A DNA stretch of 63,830 nucleotides, filler included, from Reticulomyxa filosa (GCA_000512085.1; 20 parts of 20 records of this genome joined end to end with filler, not necessarily neighbours in it), one strand, 5' to 3'. Shown: positions 37,320 to 51,662, numbered from the whole stretch's first letter. Notes: generated from the letters alone by a model not told the origin. Made by a program: numbers and translations.

Positions 37320-37900
37320 TATCTTAACAACATTTCGTCCAATTTCTTTTGTTTTGTGCTGATTTCCAAGTCTTTTTTTTCGACTTCGCTTTCCATTCTT
37401 TGAACCTTTCTTTGAGATGTCGTGTTTCTTTCCGCTTCGCCCTCTTCTTCTTTTTCTTTTTTTGCTTTAGTGCGCGTGCCAATCTTTATTGCAGATTATT
37501 GTTCGCTTCCTGTCATTGTTTATTATTATTATTAAAGATAAAGATTTTTCTACAAAAAATATATTGCCGGATAGACAAGGGGACCATTGTCATCCCTTTT
37601 TTTTTAAGAATGTGCGTATGCTACATAACAAAAAAAAAAAAAAAGCAATGTACGACACAAAAAAGTACACCTTTTCATTGTCCAATTCTTTTTGCAATTT
37701 GATCATTTCTTTTCGGAGTTTGGCCTTGGCTTCTTGCGTAACGAAATCTTCTCCAAAAGTGTTTTCAAATTGTAAATTGCCAGAGGTACATAGCGAGGCA
37801 ATATTTTCATCTGTTTGGCAACATCGAAGCACATTATAAATTATTTGTGTATAAAGATCTTCAAATGTACTACGAGTTTTGCAAGGTGTTTGGGCATTGA
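37320..37900 (-). pseudogene. Coiled-coil protein, disrupted
   Basis: AKLRKEMIKLQKELDNEK then K/E-rich heptads with an in-frame stop or frameshift. Confidence 0.45.
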
Positions 37901-38689
37901 CAGAATTGTGAAGTAAGTGAGTGACGATGACGTCAAGTAGAAATTTTAACAAACTAAATCTTATTAAAGATACGTTCAGCACAAAAAAAGGTTTGTGTTC
38001 TCGAGAAATCTTTCCTGTTATTCATTTTGCCAACAGAACTTTTTCAATAATATGCAAATATTGTTCACATTAGTTATTACTATTATTTAATTATCTTTAT
38101 TGTTGTGATTGCTATGATTGGTTTTTTACTCATTTTAATGATGTTCAAAATTTTTGTCGATGAAAGAAACACATTTTTTATTTTTGCAATATTTAATGCT
38201 CAAAAATTCTTTCAAGAAAGAGTTTTTTTTTTTTTGGTTGACACAGACCCAAGGATATTATTACTTCATGTTTTGAAAGGAGAAACAAAAATTATCATAC
38301 TATAACATTGTATTGAAAAGAAAGATTTGTGCATGTAGAAAAATAATTAAAAAGATAAAATTTAACAGAGTTTTATCATTATATCACTTGGTTTGAAATG
38401 AAAGCTGATGCAAAAAAAAAGAAAAACTATTTTATTCAAAAACAAAGCAACACTATATCACATCACAAACTATCATTAGACAAAGCAAATCTACTCTTTT
38501 AATTTGACAAAACCAAAAAAGTAGTTTTGTTCACACTTCTGATGACAATTAAATGACATCTTTTCTTTCTTTTTGTCGTGCGATGGTCAGTGCGGTTTTC
38601 CCACTCTGCATGCAAATAAATATGTATATGTATAAATTTAATGAATTGAGTATGATTAAGCTAAAAGCGGGTAATATATTTTAAAATGT

Positions 38690-38930
38690 AAAAAAAAAAA
38701 ATAGCATCAACTTTATTTTCAATATTTTTATCTTTGGTAAGGGATAAAAGAAGACGAATGACACCATCGAACAGGCCATACTCAATGGCGAGCATGAGCG
38801 CAATGTTTCCATCAGCATTGAGTAAGTCAAAGTTGACATCGGCGGAGACTTTTTGGCCAAGTAGAGAAATGATGATAGTGAGTGGTTTGATGGGATAGCA
38901 GTAGCAGCGTGTGCGTGTTTCCATTGCCAT
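38690..38930 (-). CDS. Ankyrin-repeat fragment
   Basis: IISLLGQKVSADVNFDLLNADGNIALMLAIEYGLFDGVIRLLL..NIENK. Confidence 0.7.
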
Positions 38931-39098
38931 TGTAATTTNNNNNNNNNNNNNNNNNNNNNNNNNNNNNNNNNNNNNNNNNNNNTTAATTAATTAANNNNNN
39001 NNNNNNNNNNNNNNNNNNNNNNNNNNNNNNNNNNNNNNGAGGAGGAGGAGGAAAGAAGAGAAGAAGAAAAGGGAGAATATAACAATGTAAACATACTG

Positions 39099-41526
39099 TT
39101 GAATAAAATTGAGCCAACATCGACGAGTCCTTACATGTTCAAAGCCAAACAGAATCCGAAGAAAGAGTTTGTGCCGTACTCGAAGGTGAAGGCGGCAGCG
39201 CCTAGCACCGCACATCTGACGCTGGACACCAAATGGGTGAAGCAAAAGCCGACGCCAGCTCCGGAAGCCGTCGTAGACGAGGCCAAGAGCAAAGAGCGCA
39301 AAAGCAAGCGCATGTCGCGACTGCCCTTCTCCATGATCCAAATGTCTCGCAACAACGACGAAACCATTCGCGGTCTTAAGAAGATTGCCGAAACCTTTAA
39401 AGTGAAAATGGCTTCGAAGCTTAAAGACGGCAACAATGACGATGATAACAATAACAATAACAATAATGACATTTCCAATTCAAATATCAATACAAATGAT
39501 AACAACAATGAATCGGACAAGGCGAAAGTGGCGCAAGTGGCATTCAACAACGAGGCGTCGACCACGACAGTGACGACATTGAAAGCCGGATCGTCGCGAC
39601 AATTTGGCTTGCCGACGAGCTCCAGCAAGCGACATTCATCCCCTCTCGGCCCAACGAACACAGGTCCTAGCTCTGGCTCTGCTCTGGAGAGTGACAGCAG
39701 TACTACTCCCTTGCGAGATCGTACCAAAAGTCAGATTACTCCTAACACATCAACTTCTGCTTCTGCTTCTTCGCGAAATGCTCTTCTTCAACCTGCTGCA
39801 GGCGGCTCTTTTGCATTTATCCCTCCTCCTCCCCTTCCATCCCTCCGCCTCCGTCGTCCAATGACAACCAGTTCTTGTCGACCAAAGATCCAAAGGCCTC
39901 GGATCGCAGATTGAGCACTCCTGTCAAAGGGTCCACCACCACCTTGTTCACGTCCGCCCAACCCAACAACATGGCGGATAGCACATTGCCACAAGAGCGC
40001 TCTCGACGTGGACACACGGTCGCACACAGCGCGGGCAATTGGCTCGAAAATGACGATCGACACACGCATCCGCGGCTGAGGATGTCGTCGCAAATTGCTC
40101 TGCCACCCAATCAAGAACACGACGACGACAACGACGAAGAGAACGACGCCGAGGAGCACGACAGACAAGAAGAAGCGCTGAATGACAATGAAGATGTCCC
40201 ACCTCCTCCTCCGCCTCCCAGCGAACCCGAACCAGAACATGTCCCCGAAAAACATGGCCGATCCATGTCCACGCAGATCCCTTCTTCTTCTTCTTCGTCT
40301 TTGAAGAAAAAAAATGGGGTGATTCGAAGCGCATGGGAGGAAAACGGCGACGGCGAGGAACGCAACGAAAATAGCAACAACAAGTCCAATGATCGTGGAA
40401 GCACGGACGGCGAGGCCAATGACGCCGATGTACTCCAGACCAATGAGTTCCCCACCAAAGAAAAAGAAAGAGCCAAATCCATTTTCACCTTGTCGCGAGA
40501 TGACAAAAAAGACAAAGCAAAGACAAAGACCAAACTAATACTACCGCCCCCTTAAAAAAAAAAAGAGTCTTTTTGCAAAGCTGTTTAAGAGTTAGTTTTT
40601 TTTAAAAAATTATTGTTTGAAGTTTGATATTTACAAATTAAATATATATGTACATATATATATATTATTATTGTTTTTTTTTTTGTGTTGTTGGGAAAAC
40701 AAAAAAATAGAAGGTAAAATGAAATGGCACCTTTGAAAGAGGGCCCCGAAAAAACAAATGAAAAGGGGGGATGAGGATGGGGAAAAAGGCGAAGAGGAAA
40801 AAGAGGATGAAGAGTCGAATGACGACAACGAAAACCCTACTCAATTTTCGGTGAAACAGTTTGGAGTGGCCATCAAATTATTGGCGAAAACGGACATTCC
40901 GTTTTATAAAACACCAATTCCGACCATATTGGTGACATTGGGCACGTCTTTGTTCGAAACTCAAGGATATCTGATAGAAGGTATATTCCGCAAACAACCC
41001 AACCAATCTCAATGCGACCGTGTGAAGGCCATGATCGACGATGGTCGAATCGACGAAATTGAATTCGCAACGACGGAGCCACATATCATTGCCAATCTTA
41101 TCAAAATTTGGTTTCGAGAGTTGCCCAAGTCTTTGCTTGAACCGGTTGGTGTTCAAACCATTGAACAAACACAAACCGATAAAAAATTTATCGCCTTGTT
41201 CGAAACTATCCCAGAGCCGAACAAATCCATCTTCCTGTGGCTTTTAGATTTGTGTGCTGAAGTTGCTGCAAATGAAGCGTCGAATCAAATGAGTCCACAT
41301 GTTAAAAAAAAAATAACTCACATTTACATAATTTGTGTAATATACACAAATGTGGATTTTTTTTTTTTTTTTTTATTGTGCGTAGAATTTGGGAGTCGTC
41401 ATTGGGCCAAACTTGTTTGAAATGGAAACGATTCAAAATCCAATGAAAGCTATGACTTTCCAAGCCAAATTGAACACCTTCACGAAAATTGGTATTGAAT
41501 GGAGAATGAGCTCCAGAGCAAACTAG
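39099..41526 (+). CDS. RhoGAP with long Pro/Ser-rich disordered N-terminus, 1-nt frameshift at 39831-39834
   Basis: QFGV..IPTIL..EGIFRK (arginine finger)..IANLIKIWFRELP..NQMSPH|NLGVVIGPNL; last exon ends SSRAN*. Confidence 0.92.
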
Positions 41527-42259
41527 TCCAGAACATTTCACTTCATACGAATCATCCCCCTGCCCAATTTACACCAATACTGTTTACAAAACAAAATACA
41601 GCAAGATAAAAAGCAAAGAGGGGGAGTTACCAAAACGCCTCCTTTTTTAAAGATTTTTGTTGTTATTGGTTTTGTTTTTGGGTTGTTTTTTGTTTATTTG
41701 TTCAATGTACAGATACATGTTTGCCAGTGTTGGTTTGTTTGTTTTTTGGTTTTTCTTCTGCTGCTTTTTCTCTATATGTTTCCCTTTTGTTTACATCCAT
41801 ACGTTTGTTGGCTCTTTGCACTGTTGACTTGTTTGAAAGAGAAAGACAAATGAAAAAGCGGATGAGTGAGGGAAAAGGAAAAAAAAACAACAAAATGAAA
41901 CATATCAAAACCAAATTAAACATGCCAAAACTTTGGAAATCATTTTTGGTTGTGCATAATGTGTAAATGCACTTTTTATTTGTTTACTCTATGGACATTT
42001 TAAAAATTTCTTCCAAACTGTTTGTCAATGGTAAAAAGCAATAATTTGTAGTTAGAATTTTGAGATATATTTGTTAAATTGAAAACAGATGGGAAAAAAA
42101 GCCACACTAAAACAAACTGCTGTGTGTTCTTGTATTGTTTTTTTGTTTCAATCTCCAAAAAAAATTGCAACATTTTTGTTTAAAATGTAATGATAACATC
42201 TTGCTTTTTGTATGTCCTTTATTTATTTGTTCCATTTCAGAAAAAATTAGTGCAATCAC

Positions 42260-43446
42260 TGTAAGCTTGCCTCATCCCCATAATTGAACGGTATAATCCA
42301 ATGCAGATGACACAATTAAATTGTCATCTGGGAAATGTCCATCCCTGTCACAGAGGCGGAATGTTCTTCTAATTTTTGTACTTCTTTGCCTGATTGCACA
42401 TCCAATAATCGAATCGTTCCGTCATACAAACAAGCGACTATAGTCTTACCATTTGAAAAAAATTGTACATCGTTTGCATAGTATCCTTCCAGTATTTTCA
42501 TTTCTTTTCCTGATACCACACTCCATATCTGAAGTGTATTGTACAGCATGATACAACATAAAATCCATCTGGAGAAAATTTTGCTTTCAATACAGAGTCA
42601 GTATGTCCCAGCAATTCGTGTATTTTTTTGCCTGATTTCACATCCCATATTATAACTGTAGTATCAAAAGAAGCCGATAAAATAGTTTGTCCATCTGATG
42701 AAAAATGCACATCACCAACCACATGTGAATGCCCTTCCAGTCTTTTGATTTCTTGTCCAGACTTTACATCAAATAGTAGAATTTGTTGGTTGTATGAACC
42801 CGCCACAATAGTTTGACCATCTGGTGAAATTTCAGCACTTGCTATAACCAACATGTACATATAACACCATTACCTCCAGTCCCGATTCCACATCCCACAA
42901 GCGAATTGTACTGTCCTCTGAATATGATACAATCATTTTTCCATCTGATGAAAATTGTGCATAATTCAACCAATCCAAATATCCTTGCAAAATGCGTAAT
43001 TCTTTTTGTACTGCTACATCCCATATTCGAATAGTTTTGTTGTACGAGGACAAAACTATTTTACTGCTGTCTGGCGAAAATCTTACACTTTTAATGCATG
43101 AAAGATAGTGATACATTCTTAATTGTTGGAAATATTTCGCCTGTGTCGTTATGCAATTATTTTGTTGTTGGACAACATAAACAAATCTTTCGCGTAGCAA
43201 GTATGCTGAACATATTGCGCTATAATTTTATTGAAATCGAAACCCAACCCTATAAATAGACAAAGATCGAGTCCAGTAGCCTAGAATAAGTTCAATTTCT
43301 TTTTTGCGTTGTTTTTGTTTAATGTCATAGCACTTTAATTCGTATTTTGAGCTGTTTTTTAATGTTGTTTGTTCAATGTAATATGGATATTTTGATCTTA
43401 CAGTACTTTGGTCAAAAATGCCACCAATTGGCTTTTTTGTATTCAT
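42260..43446 (-). pseudogene. WD40-repeat pseudogene (same family as 8678-9984)
   Basis: KEIELILGYW module and FSPD/FSSDG..IRLWDV repeats spread over four frames. Confidence 0.88.
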
Positions 43447-44584
43447 TCTGTAACCAAGTTCACCTTATGTAAACGCAGTGAAAACGAACAAATGTTTTGT
43501 CTCTGGACGGTTAACAAAGCCACTTGGTTTTCAGATACTGATCTGTGACAAGGATAATTTGTTGTGTACTTTGACTACAATCACAAAGTATGGACGAGAA
43601 GGAAACAGAAATGACATCAATGGGAACGAATAATGAAAATTAGTTGAATAAATGCAATAAAAACAAAAATTATTAATAGTTAAAAAATTACGATAAAGTA
43701 AATTTTAATGTTAAGGGTGTCAGGTGCAAACGAAAATTTTTAAAATTTGTTTGCCTTTGTGTTCAATTCCCCGGCTTAAAGATTAATTTTTTGCATAGTT
43801 TACCTTTTCCAAAATAAACATTTTTTGGTTATTATACCGTCTTAGAGAATAAAAGAACATATACATTAATCAAATTTACAAATACAAAAAGAAAAAGCTA
43901 ACAATAAAATATAACATGAAAAAAATAATACAAAAAAAGCAATAATTCAAAAACATCTTCAAAAAACTAAAATTTAAGGTTCTCTTAAAAAACGAAAATT
44001 CTGCAGTAAAGAGGATTTACATTTTTGAAACAATTAGGAAGATATAATAAAAAACAAAAACTACATTTTAAACTACACGATCCGTAGATATCTTTTTAAA
44101 AATTAGATTTAAGTGTTGTTTCTTCATAAGGAAATTAATCGTTTCTATAAGATGCCGTTTTAAATGTCAAATTTCTTTGCATTTTACTGTATTTTTTTCA
44201 ATATCCCTTTAATACATAAACGAAAAACACTTTTACATATTTGATAACAAATTGGTAAAGGTTTTTTTCATATGCCCTTTTGGCACGTTACTCTGTGAAA
44301 GAGAGAAATTTAGAGTCAAATATTTTGATATGAGGTTACGTTTGTCTCTTAACTGTGTAATCAAATGTATTTACTTTTTTAACTGTTTGACTTTGTTCAT
44401 AAAACGAGCGTAGTGAAAGCGCTGGAACGAATACATCTTTGGGGATGTGTTCAATAGAAATGCAAACAAACTCATGTGAAGAGTTTAGTTAGTAATCTTT
44501 TGAAATCTCTTTTCTTTTTAAGTTTTACTGTATGCTACACAGTGATCCCAATACTGTGAATTCCCAAGCTCTTCTGGTAAGCGA

Positions 44585-45836
44585 GGAAAAATGGAGCCAA
44601 TGATGACGAAATTGATAGCGAATTTATGACAGAATTAGAGAATGTAATTCCTGAACTAAGAAACAATTTGGAGGAAGAGAAAAAACAGAACAACTGCCAA
44701 CCAAAGTGGGCTAACATTTGAATTTTTTTTTTGTTGAATGTGGTTTACGTCACACTGTTTACTAAACATGCCCTTTTTTTATACAAAAAAAAAACGCAAA
44801 ACTTTACAAGCATGAGATTGAGGAACAGGAATCAATACAAAAAGAAATCTTAAATCACACACAAGTTAAGTGTAAGTTCCATTTTTGACGACTTTTCTCT
44901 CCTTTGATTGGAGCCTCGCATCTTCGCACAGACCGACATTGGAGTCGCTGGACCAAGCATAATCCAACCAAAAGAAAACAGTATTTGGGAAAAAGTTTTG
45001 TTCTTTATACGAAGTATATTTTATCAGTATTGTATCTTTGTATTTATCAATTTATCGATTTTTAGGTCAATTTGTTTTCAAAAAAATAGTTTCGTTGGCA
45101 CAAACAATATGGTTGCAAACAAAAAGAGCTCGTGTATGTCGAAGAAAAAGATCCATTCATAAATGGTATACAGATCAAAGGTGGATTAATAGTGCAAATG
45201 ATGGAAGGACGATTTTTATATATATCTCCGGAAGACAAATCGCTGGCACAAATAGTTTATTCGCACTCTATGTTGCACTCCATTTTTTGAAAGATGTCAG
45301 ATTTTGTTCCTCGTAACAAATAAAACACATAGGTCCATGATCCAACTGACGAAAACATGACTACTCTTAGTAATTTTTGCATGCAGCACATGAAATCGAA
45401 AGCAGTTACAAACATTTCACTTTCCCCCCCCCCCTTGTATTTCCCTCCGCTGTTCTCCTTTTCAAATGAAATTCAACAAATACACAAAATATGGGAATGG
45501 ACATGACACCAAAAGTTAGTCAATAGTGAAAGGCTGGTTGCTTACTGTGAAGTAAAGTCTGGTTCATGGTGGTCTCAATCGCACAGCATTTTACGTACAC
45601 CTGTTTCTGTAACCGAATTGCGCATGGATAATGGAAAAATGTATGCTGTGACAAGTAAAGGACATGTATTGCTAATAGAGAATGATCTGAAGGTATCTGT
45701 CTATACAAGATTTTTAATCCTTTTTTTCTCCTCAAGCGTAACACCAATCACAAAACAACAAAAGACTCCCGAGACCAGCTGCTGGATTGACTTAGTTTCG
45801 ACCAAATCAAAAAAAACAAAAGAAAACAAGTCTTGA
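44585..45836 (+). pseudogene. Disrupted hypothetical gene
   Basis: Exon-like pieces (EIDSEFMTELENVIPELRNNLEEEKK; LRMDNGKMYAVTSKGHVLLIENDLKV) separated by introns and stops. Confidence 0.35.
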
Positions 45837-46029
45837 TTTGTAAAAAAAATGTTTCTAATGGTTTTGGTGATTGTGTTGTTAGAGCATATCAAATCAGACA
45901 TTAATTGAAGAAAAATATCAGTTAGAACTGAATTTCTGTTTTTTATTTGCCGTGAAAATAATAAGGTAATGGTTTAAGTATGGTGGGATTAAAAAATAAT
46001 GCAGTACAAAAAAAAAAAAAAGAGAGCAA

Positions 46030-46373
46030 TTGGTAAAATTGCAAAAAGAATTGGAAGATGAAAAAAAAAAAGTGAAACAGCTCGAAAGTACACAAGAGGA
46101 TTTAAAAAAAAAAATGAAAATTAAGGAAAAAAAATAAGGAAAAACGAAAAAGACATTGACGAAAAGAAAGAAAAACTAAGACGCAACAAAATTGAACATG
46201 ATAATTTGGAGACAAAGTGTAAAAGTATTGAAAGAGAAAACAAAGAACAAAAGAGACAAATCGATATCCTAAAGGAAGGAAATATCAAACAAAGGAATCA
46301 AATCACCGACTTGGAGAAAGAAAACAAACAACAAATAAAACAAATCACTGATTTGAAGGCAGAAATTAACCAG
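46030..46373 (+). CDS. Coiled-coil protein fragment with 14-aa (42-nt) repeats
   Basis: IERENKEQKRQIDI / LKEGNIKQRNQITD / LEKENKQQIKQITD. Confidence 0.55.
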
Positions 46374-46851
46374 NNNNNNNNNNNNNNNNNNNNNNNNNNN
46401 NNNNNNNNNNNNNNNNNTTAATTAATTAANNNNNNNNNNNNNNNNNNNNNNNNNNNNNNNNNNNNNNNNNNNNTTTTTTTTTTTTTTATTTCGTCATTTT
46501 ATGTATCATAAAATACTATTACAACACCATCATTTTGTGTTTTTTTTGCTTTGCTTTGCTTTTCTTTGTTTTGTTTTGCTTTGCTGTTTTTGGTCATGAA
46601 AAAAAACACAACCTTTGACGTTTCAATTTACCCTTTTTTACATTCCCGCCGGATACTTTGACAAAATAATGCAATCTTCAAAAACCTAATAAAATCCTAA
46701 ACAAACCGTCTCATTATTTGCAATTTTTACGAAAATAGGGATGGCCTATTTATTTTGTTTATTTTACTTAATTACTTTCGTTAAAATATAATCCAAAAAA
46801 CGAACGTGTTAGACAGCTGCCTTTCCGAAAAAAACCTAGTAATTTCACAAC

Positions 46852-47880
46852 ATGCAAGAATCAACTCGGAAAGAAGAATATCTGCCTATGAATGGCAAAT
46901 CTTCTTTTGAAACTTTGGCTTCTCTACCAATTCCGTTGTTTGCGGGTCAATGTGTTGCACATAAAAACGAAATTCTCATTTGTGGAGGTTACAAAGCTAA
47001 TGATTGTCACTCGCATCATATAACTCGCAACGAGTACAAATTTATTTGTTCGTATCCAGGGAATACATCGCACTGGTATTGGTAGTGAAGCGTGTGGATG
47101 ATAGTAATAATATTTCGAATGAAATTACTTTATTATCTTCTGGATATGCATTGACAATGGATTACGTGGGCGTTTGGAATAAGGAAGAAGAGAAAGTGGA
47201 AGCAGCGATTAAAAAAGCAAACAACAATAAATGAGTCCCTTTCACAGACAAGAATAATAAACCAATTCGTATTGGCTGAGATAATAATGTAGGAATGTGT
47301 GCAGTGATAGGTGGTTATAACAATAATCTGTTGTTTGTTACCTCCCTTCAAAATATTTCAATATTCGATTTGGATACATTTGAGCATATCCGGAATAGCA
47401 TTTTACCAATTGGATATAATTGTCTATCTTATCATTTATTAAAATGAAACATAAGAATAAAGTGATGTTATTTGATAAAAAAAATTGAAACTCGTCGTTA
47501 TTTTCGTCATAATAAACGATCAATCCATTTTTCTAATATACCAGTTTGTGGTAATGCTTCACTGCTCAAAGACTATGCATGTGTACAGACGAATGATATG
47601 GTTTTACTTTTTGGAGATCGGTGTGCTGATGATAAGACAACTCTCTCAAATGCAGTGTATAAGTATTCAATAAGAGAAAACGAGTGGACAAAAATGGATC
47701 ACATTTTACCAATGCCATTGTATGAGTGGACTGCAATATTGGATCGTGATAAGGCCTGTGTATATATTCTTGGAGGTAAAGGTAATGCCAATAAGACTGT
47801 AGCGACACACATAAAAATAAAATTAGACACATGGATAAATAGAACGGAAAATACAGATATAACAAGAGAAAAAAAAATTA
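46852..47880 (+). pseudogene. Kelch-repeat beta-propeller pseudogene
   Basis: FETLASLPIPLFAGQCVAHKNEILICGG, VYKYSIRENEWTKM..LPMPL, VYILGG; several frameshifts and stops. Confidence 0.85.
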
Positions 47881-48134
47881 ATTTTAATGTTTTTCTGATA
47901 ATCTTTTTTTTAACTTGAGTAATGTGTTCAATTTCTTCAAATAAAATTTTATCATCAACTTGAACTGAGTTTGCGCAGGTAGTGAGTGTAAAAAAAAAGT
48001 GCAAGTTGCCGGTGAATTCAATGTACTTGACACTCACCGACTGCAATCACAAAAAAAATAATACTAAAAGTATCAAAAAATTGAAACACTAAACATAATA
48101 ATAAAAAAATAAATAAATTTAAAAAAACATTAAA

Positions 48135-48303
48135 ATGCTTGTAATTGGCAAAAAAATTGTAGGAAAAAATGAAATACATTTCGAAACAATTGAAGATCAG
48201 TGGATATTTTTAAAAAATTTTGAAAAAAAGTTAATTTTCGACTTAGAAAATCGATCGTCTTCATAAAGTGCCATTTTAGCGTGTCAAGACTTTTGTCACC
48301 ACC
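48135..48303 (+). repeat. Dispersed non-coding repeat, copy B
   Basis: Colinear with 14400-14569. Confidence 0.85.
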
Positions 48304-48659
48304 TGAATTTGATAATAAGTGTCAAAAATATTGACAATTCTAATTTAACGCTGCAAATTCGGATAATAATCTATATTCATCATATGTAATCAAGTTTGTA
48401 CTTGACATAAAGACAAAGCAAGTAAAATAATGCCCGCACACCAAAGAAACAGATACCAAATAATTTAATTTTTTTTGGTGACTATCACAAATTTTTAACT
48501 TATTGATGTCGTAAGTAGAAGAAATGCTGCGTAATTTTTCAAATGCGACTCAATAAATTTGATTGGATTGCTTTCATTTTTTAAAATGGTTGCATCTACT
48601 ATGATTCGTATGCAAACAACCTTATAGGATATAAATTAGCAGCTTATTATAGACATATT

Positions 48660-48800
48660 GGAAGGCACAAAGTTCTGACATACGGAAATGTAGCTTTGAA
48701 AATTATCAATTTTCCGTGTGAAAAATTAGCACTTTTTAAAAATATAAAAATCTTCAAATGTTTCGAAATGTATTTCATTTTTTTCTACAATTTTTTTGTC
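48660..48800 (-). repeat. Dispersed non-coding repeat, copy C (inverted relative to B)
   Basis: Reverse complement reads AAAAAAATTGTAGAAAAAATGAAATACATTTCGAAACATTTGAAGAT..GTCAGAACTTTGTGCCTTCC. Confidence 0.85.
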
Positions 48801-49119
48801 CTAATACAATCTTAAATATCTATTTGTTTATTTAAAAATAACTTAACATAATTGATAAGATAATTGTTCAATTCAATGCTTTTGATATTGTTAAGTGCTG
48901 CCCTAAAAGAACAGTAAAGCAGATTATAAAGAATCTTTTGATGAAAATTTTTATTGTTTCATTTTAAGGAAATACAGTGTATTAAATTATCATGCTTATC
49001 ATACCTGGAACATTTCAATTTTTGCGTTGAATGATGTTGACATAAATCAAAGTTTATTTTAGTTTGAGCTTTTCAATTTAAAAAAATATTCAAAAAATAG
49101 CTTCGTTGAGGAACTTGGA

Positions 49120-51209
49120 TTATTCCCAAATACGAATAACTCCGTTCAATGAGCCATAGCACAAATTGAAACAGGAATTAATATTTGTGTTTTTGTTCTT
49201 CTCTTTCAATGACACAAATTTAAGACAACATATTCCTTTATCTTCGTTCTCATCTCCATTGATCACGTGCAACTCCTTTTTATTTGATCGAATATCCCAG
49301 AAACGAATTGTATTATCCCTTGATCCAGAACATATTACATTTGAATAACCACCAATTTCAATATTATTTACTACAAATGGCAAACATTCAACAGTCATAA
49401 CCCAATTCAAATGTCCGTTAAATACTTGAATTTGTTGACCAGATCGAATATCCCACAAACGAACACTTTTATCATCTGATCCAGACAATATTGTATTTGC
49501 AAAACCAATATTTCCTAGTTCATTGGGTCCATATTTTACACTAAACACGTAACCTTCATGTCCTTTAAAGACAACACATTGTTTAGCTGTTTCAATATCC
49601 CATATACGAATAGTTTTATCATTTGCTCCAGAACAAATGGTATACCCATTTCCACCAATCAAGCCAATGCTATTACTTTTATTATTATCGTTTTTGTTAC
49701 TGTTATTGGTTTGCAATGATGAAATATCCACACAACAAACACCTTTTGTATGTCCATTGAAGACGTGCAACTGTTTGAGTGTTTCGACATCCCATAAACG
49801 AATAGTTTTATCACGTGACACAGAACATAAATATCGACCACCACTAAATGGTGAAAATTCAATGCCATTGACATAATTAGTATGTCCATTGAATATTTGC
49901 AATTGCTGATTATCTTTGATATCCCAAAAACGAATGGTATTATCCCACGATGAAGAACAGATGACATTACGACGATGATGATGATTATGATATGATGAAA
50001 ATTTTACACAATACACAGGACCTGAATGTTTACTGAATAATTGAGTCTGTTTGTTGGTCTCTACATCCCACACCCGAACTGTTTTATCGTGCGATGCAGA
50101 GCAAAGAAATTTGCTTGATTCAAATGTCAAATAATCCATACCCAACACAAAACTGGTATGCCCATAGAGAGTCTTAAGTAATTTGCATGATGAACGGAAT
50201 CTATCAAAATCGATCGTCGGTATTGGTAATGATAAACTAGAAGACAACGAAGTGTTATTATCGTTAAGCTTTTTCTTTTCTTGTTTTGTTTTATCTTGGC
50301 CACTTAATTTTTGATAATCACTTGTTAATTTGAAATTCTTTTCTTCTAGTAATTTAATCGTTGTTTCATATTGAGTTAATAATTGCTTTTGTGCATTGAA
50401 TTCTTTTTTTATTGTTTCAATATCGGAATGATATTTACTTATCTCTTGTCGAAGATTTTCAATTTTATATTGTAAATCTCTTTTTAATTTTTCCATTTCC
50501 AATTTCATCTTACTTGAATTATCCTTTATATTTGTGTTTTGCGTTGTTTTACTAATAAAACAATTACGCAAACAAAACATAAAAATAAGACAAAACAAAC
50601 TTGATGCAATTGGATGGTTTGCTTCATAGATTGGAATAATTGCATTACCAGATTAAAATGGAATTGCATATTCGAAACTAAATGATCATTCACATCCTGT
50701 CCACGACATGTATAATCACATCCAAAAGGTTTGAACCAACAATAAGTCAAAGCCAAAGGACATTCATTCTTCAAGTGATGTTGGAAATCTTTTAATTTTC
50801 CTTTGAAATCGCATTTAATGTTTTCAGGCATTCCATCCGATATTTTTACATTTTGTTCGAATTGTTTCAGACACATAACTTGTAAATTGTTAATAAATTT
50901 CCGCGTTAATTTAGTTTTGGAATATCGGCAATTATCATGCGGCTCAATTGGACATAAGTTGCTCTTGTCTTTAAGAAAATTTTTTAGACATTTTTCACCA
51001 ACAATTAACACACCTTCCATCGTTTCATGTTGGGGACAAATCAATTCCATTGGGTTATTTGCAATTTGCTGACAAATGAGACAAGCAAAATCTTGGACGT
51101 CTTCAGGCTGGTTTGTTTGCAAAAGCCAGTTTTTGCTGTAACATGGCTGAATCAACGAAATTGGAGTTGCTCTGGCTTGTCCTCTCTCAAATGTCTTTTC
51201 ATCTTGCAT
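49120..51209 (-). CDS. Degenerate RING / TRAF-type zinc finger / coiled-coil / WD40 protein, complete (exons 50601-51209, 49120-50523)
   Basis: [60 protein letters not shown], coiled coil, seven WD40 repeats. Confidence 0.93.
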
Positions 51210-51662
51210 TGTTTGCTCCTTTTTGAAGATGCCTATATTCTTTTTATTAAAATGGGCAAGTGGATAATCAATCTACTTGTTGAGAGGAAGTTTTTTTTTT
51301 TTTTTAAAAAAAGGTTAGGGACCTCAAAGTGATGAAATAATCAAAATATGGGAATATATAAAGCAACATTAGTGGATCAAAAGCATAAGGAATGAAGGAC
51401 TGATTGAAATGTAAGTTGAAGACGAAGCTGTAAAAAAATGTGATAGTTATGTACAAAGCAAAAACGTACATTAGAAATTGTACTAGTTAACAGCATCATA
51501 ATTTCGTTTGTACATTCCTTTTTTTAAAAAAAAATGTTTCCTTTGGATAAGTAAAGGTATGCCAAATCAAAGTGAAGATAAGTTTGGATTTCTCCGATTG
51601 AAAGAATGACTAAAAGAAAGCAAAATAAAGAAAAGTGTTGTTTGTAGATTTTTCTAATCTCT

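Noticed and set aside
39131-40533. Several long antisense ORFs over the RhoGAP N-terminus
   Set aside because: Expected from locally higher GC; no motifs.
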